Positions 7,146-10,558 of a DNA stretch of 10,558 nucleotides are shown here, piece after piece. Source of the DNA: an uncultured bacterium (GTDB lineage: Bacteria > SAR324 > NAC60-12); NCBI GenBank assembly GCA_964010765.1, contig CAXGMD010000098.1, positions 1 through 10,558 on the forward strand, given 5' to 3'. Under the pieces are notes generated by a model. The model was not told where the DNA came from, ran no database searches, and was given only the letters and a program-made list of their open reading frames with translations. Both the position numbers and the translations under genes were made by a program. How positions within the stretch are numbered: the stretch's first letter is position 1; each line of letters starts with the position of its first letter.

Positions 7146-8795
7146 TTAGAAACCACATAGAACTTGTAGTGAATTCGGGACCCAATCGCAGCTTTTTGAA
7201 ACGGTGTTGAAGGGATTACATTCAGACAATTGAAGCTTTATGCTGCCAAGATGAGCCCAATTATTAATGATTAGTGAATTTTCCACGAAGCCAGATGAAT
7301 CAACAGTTCCCTCCAACAAAATAGGATCAAGCGTATTTTCAAATTCATTGGGAGGAACAATCACCCAGTACGCATTTAGTGAGTCAAATCTGTCATCCGA
7401 AATAGTCCCCCGAATAGTTATCGTATTTTCACTTTTCGGAACGAGTGAAATTGAGGAGATAACTGGATCAAAAAGGATTGATAAACCCTCGGAAGATTCA
7501 CAAAATATCGTTTGTGTTGCTACGAAAGCTTCCTGGTGCAAAAAATCAAATTTTTCTGATAGGGACTGCTCTACAACCTGATCATTATTTGGAAGCAACT
7601 TTGTTAAGTTTTCTGCTAATTGAGTAAGTTGCGTATTGAGGAGAGTTCTCGAATTATCACTCAGTTCCCTAGATATAACTGGATTGCTTAGTGCTTCATC
7701 TAAAGACTGGCTCACGAGTTCGGGTAAATCTTCCAAAACAGATTTACTGCCGCCCTGTGCTAGGGATTGGGCTAGGACACTAAGTGCACTGAGTTGTTGT
7801 TGGTTGGTTTGACTAACTGGATTTGATCCACTAGCCAACAATGTCCAAAAAGCTTCCGCAGTTTTTGCGATCCGCAGAAGTTCTCCAGAGACCCCATTAG
7901 AAGAAGCAATATCTGCACGCCAATCGCCACTCTGTGCAAAGATATTTTCTAACTCTGGTGCGTAAGTTACCAAAGTAGTTAGGGGTGTAATGTGCACTTG
8001 ATCTTGCATAGTTTCTGGAATCGTTGCAAGCATCGGCGCAGCTGGAACATAAGAACCAGAGGCATTCAACTTCAATCCACCTTTTGTCGCCAAGACATAG
8101 TCATGATAGTGTGGTGATAGTTGATAATCTCCATTGGCACCAGATGATGTTGAATCCTCATCCTCATCAAGTTGTTGATTAAAGCTTCCATCGAATTGAA
8201 TGCGATCCGCCCAAACTTGGGCACCTTTGACATAGTTCTGAGCTAGTTTACCTGATAACTGACGAGCCAATTGGATTGTAAGCATTAAAGTTCTTTGGCC
8301 ATTGACTATGATATAGTTTCCGTCACTTGGGACAGCAAATATATCACTTTGGCCGAAGTCAATCGCATTTAAATTCAATGAGCGGCTTTGAATCAATTCT
8401 TCAAATTGAAATAGAGAATAATTTTCGGTGTAACGATAAATGAAGAGCCGGAGTCGGTCCTCTACAGGAAGACTTAATGAAACCGTGTTGTTGAAGGTGT
8501 CTACCTTTTTCCAGCCCAAAGCCTCAGAAGGGTCCAGACCCTTTGCAGAAAATTGGGTACTGGCAGGAAACACAATTGCCAACTCGGAACCTCGGGTTTC
8601 AGTTCCAATGCGCTTCCTCCCCGCTGTATCCTGAGTTTGCAATTGTAGAGAAATTTCTACCCACTCACTTGGTCCCTCTTTAGGCAAGGGACCACAGGAG
8701 TTTATGAATAGAAATGAAAACAGGATACAGAAAAAAAAAGTTGGGTGAGAGTGACGTGGAAAATGTTGTCTGCTTTGGCGGAATTTAAAGCTCAT
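7146..8795 (-). CDS. Predicted lipoprotein of unknown function, paralog of 9081-10310 with an extra N-terminal domain
   Basis: 549 aa with a hydrophobic stretch and FINS-C34. From about residue 180 it aligns with the neighbouring ORF: GKLAQNYVKGAQVWAD, PMLA, ITPLTTLVT, W..DIA, LRIAKT.E, QVVE, FDP.I..I.L and a terminal C.W..N....C.F. Confidence 0.8.
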   Translation of the reverse strand: MSFKFRQSRQHFPRHSHPTFFFCILFSFLFINSCGPLPKEGPSEWVEISLQLQTQDTAGRKRIGTETRGSELAIVFPASTQFSAKGLDPSEALGWKKVDTFNNTVSLSLPVEDRLRLFIYRYTENYSLFQFEELIQSRSLNLNAIDFGQSDIFAVPSDGNYIIVNGQRTLMLTIQLARQLSGKLAQNYVKGAQVWADRIQFDGSFNQQLDEDEDSTSSGANGDYQLSPHYHDYVLATKGGLKLNASGSYVPAAPMLATIPETMQDQVHITPLTTLVTYAPELENIFAQSGDWRADIASSNGVSGELLRIAKTAEAFWTLLASGSNPVSQTNQQQLSALSVLAQSLAQGGSKSVLEDLPELVSQSLDEALSNPVISRELSDNSRTLLNTQLTQLAENLTKLLPNNDQVVEQSLSEKFDFLHQEAFVATQTIFCESSEGLSILFDPVISSISLVPKSENTITIRGTISDDRFDSLNAYWVIVPPNEFENTLDPILLEGTVDSSGFVENSLIINNWAHLGSIKLQLSECNPFNTVSKSCDWVPNSLQVLCGF

Positions 8796-9055
8796 GTCAA
8801 CAACTCAACAATTAGCTCCACAATCAAGCTTCAGATTGGTCAAACTCGGATGTCACTCAACTGCCCAAAACGCAATAAATTATGGGAAAGTCAGGATGAT
8901 CTAAAATTTTTGTATAGACTAAGATTTTTGGTAATGTGCGGAACATAGATTCAATAGCCCAGTGTAAAACTTATTATCTGCGCGCTTTTCAAAAGTTAAA
9001 ATGAAATTTAATTTGGTTGCCTGGATGTCAGTCTAATCTTTAATTGGATTAATTT

Positions 9056-9080
9056 CTTTATTTAAAATTTTTAAATAAAG
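9056..9080. other. Perfect 25-bp AT-rich palindrome abutting a stop codon
   Basis: CTTTATTTAAAA-T-TTTTAAATAAAG: 12-bp arms around a 1-nt centre, immediately after the TAA of the 9081-10310 gene. Confidence 0.7.
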
Positions 9081-10310
9081 TTATTGAGTACTGATAAAAG
9101 TACAAACGGTTGGGTTTTCTGACCATTTGCAATTTTCAGCAACTACAACACCTGAGGGAGCTGTAACCTCAAATAGAATATTAACTGTTTCATTATCAAA
9201 ATTTAATAGATTGGCGTTGAGTGATGCAGACTTTTCAATTGAAAAGTTACGCTCATTAGACCATTTGAGGGTAAGGGATTCAGGTTGTTCGTGCGAGATT
9301 TTTGCCGCTAACTGTAATGTACTCCCTATCCATTCTAATTTTATTTCGGTGATGATTGGATCAAAGTTAATACCAATTCCTCCGAACACAACAATAACTT
9401 GCTCTGCCAAAGCTTGATTAATTTTCCCTTCAACTTCTTCAGTCTTTTTCTCAATATTTGCTACAACTTGGTTTTCAACAACCTGACCGGATTCTGGAAT
9501 GGATGAAGTTATTGCGTCTACCAGCTGGGAGGCAGAACTTTTTACCAGATTTTTTTCTTCTTCGCCCAGAAGCCTAGTAAGATTGCTATCGCTTAAAATA
9601 TCATCTAGAGCAGCCAGGCTAACGTTTTTAAGTGCTGTCTGGGAACTCACTTGTTCAGCAGGTAAAACAACTAACTGTTCAGCAAAAATAGAAAGTGATT
9701 TTATGGTTGCTTCACTGCTTAAAGATATTGGGTCATCTCCACTGTTTAACAATTTGGAAATGCTTTCGACAGTTTTGGCAACCCGCAAAACTCCAGCTGG
9801 TGTGCCTTTAGGATCAGCAATATCTACATTCCATCCGCCCAGCTGATCAAACACATCTTTTAAACCGGGCTGGGTTGTAACAAGTGTTGTCAACGGAGTT
9901 ATATTGGTTGTTGTTTGAGCAGGTAAGGGCAATGGTGCCAACATTGGCATGGCACTAACTTCTCTCCCACTGCTGTCCAAATACACCCCTCCCTGACTTG
10001 CGATTACGTGAGCACCCCCTTTTATAGTTAGTTCGTAGCTGCCTGCTGCATTCGAAATTGTATCAAATTCGCCGGGATCTCGCTTAAAGTTTCCAAGTCC
10101 GTTTTCGTTGACTGTATCGAGCCATACTTGCGCACCCACAACGTATCCTTGAGCCAGCTTACCATTTGCCTCTAGAGTCGTTGTGGTTTCAACTGCGTCA
10201 GCTGTTGATGAATTGTCTGAAGCTGACCCAGAGCTTGATCCACCGCAGCTTGAAAGCAATAAGGGGACAAGAAATGTGTAAATTATGAAGAGGATTTTCA
10301 ATAAATTCAT
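9081..10310 (-). CDS. Predicted lipoprotein of unknown function, paralog of 7146-8795
   Basis: 409 aa with lipobox LLSS-C22 and a Ser/Gly/Thr linker (GGSSSGSASDNSSTAD). It continues GKLAQGYVVGAQVWLD...G..D.GE..T.S...G.Y.L...GG...ITPLTTLV, a pattern typical of beta-sandwich modules in bacterial surface proteins. Confidence 0.85.
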   Translation of the reverse strand: MNLLKILFIIYTFLVPLLLSSCGGSSSGSASDNSSTADAVETTTTLEANGKLAQGYVVGAQVWLDTVNENGLGNFKRDPGEFDTISNAAGSYELTIKGGAHVIASQGGVYLDSSGREVSAMPMLAPLPLPAQTTTNITPLTTLVTTQPGLKDVFDQLGGWNVDIADPKGTPAGVLRVAKTVESISKLLNSGDDPISLSSEATIKSLSIFAEQLVVLPAEQVSSQTALKNVSLAALDDILSDSNLTRLLGEEEKNLVKSSASQLVDAITSSIPESGQVVENQVVANIEKKTEEVEGKINQALAEQVIVVFGGIGINFDPIITEIKLEWIGSTLQLAAKISHEQPESLTLKWSNERNFSIEKSASLNANLLNFDNETVNILFEVTAPSGVVVAENCKWSENPTVCTFISTQ

Positions 10311-10453
10311 TTAAGCGTCGGGTCGTGAGGCAGTCGGCCTGCTATCTAACTACTTCGCGGAGTGAGTTAAATGTGGTGTGGCTCTCCCGTAATCTTTTTG
10401 GCCAGAAAATGAAGGCCAAACCAGAAGATGATGTGGCTAGAATATTGTGAAGT

Positions 10454-10558
10454 TCATTGCTTATTCCCATTTTCGTCGAACTTGACCTTCGGGAGATCAG
10501 CATTCCCCGCACTGGTGTTGCCATCCAGACCACCCAAAGTTGATCCCGTTACATAGAC
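10454..10558 (-). CDS. 3' end of an SBBP-type (PF06739-like) beta-propeller repeat protein, 5' part outside the window
   Basis: Translation from 10558: VYVTGSTLGGLDGNTSAGNADLPKVKFDENGNKQ*. This matches the SBBP repeat pattern VYVTG.T.G.LDGNT..G..D.FV.K....G.KQ(W). It is not in the ORF track. Confidence 0.8.
   Translation of the reverse strand, partial: VYVTGSTLGGLDGNTSAGNADLPKVKFDENGNKQ

Noticed and set aside
7044..7148. Integron attC site downstream of the lipoprotein gene
   Set aside because: There is no properly placed RYYYAAC/GTTRRRY pair, no equivalent site after the other genes and no integrase. Gene orientations are mixed.
3487..9846. Short ORFs overlapping or antisense to long genes (3487, 5460, 5860, 6030, 7267, 8440, 8745, 9127, 9499) and intergenic ORFs 4039 and 4167
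   Set aside because: They are shadows of well-supported genes or have no protein-like motifs. The repeats in 6030-6275 just mirror the RCC1 repeats.
10342..10533. 63-aa ORF from the track
   Set aside because: It is an alternative frame of the SBBP-repeat coding sequence, which has the recognisable motif.

Overview
A mosaic accessory or hypervariable region, probably bacterial. At the left edge is a minus-strand phage terminase small subunit gene that the ORF track missed; it runs off the window and is preceded by a near-consensus sigma70 promoter. Next come a decayed RCC1-repeat pseudogene, a DUF547 protein, a membrane SpoIIE/PP2C phosphatase, an intact 7-repeat RCC1 beta-propeller lipoprotein, a DUF4174 C-terminal remnant, two paralogous predicted lipoproteins, and the 3' end of an SBBP-type beta-propeller gene entering from the right. 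The most notable unannotated structure is a diverged direct duplication of the ~340-bp promoter/leader region upstream of terS (452-786 vs 6674-7035), which brackets about 5.9 kb of cargo genes. I see no CRISPR array, RNA gene, integrase, transposase or reverse transcriptase. Family assignments come from motif recognition by eye, not database searches.
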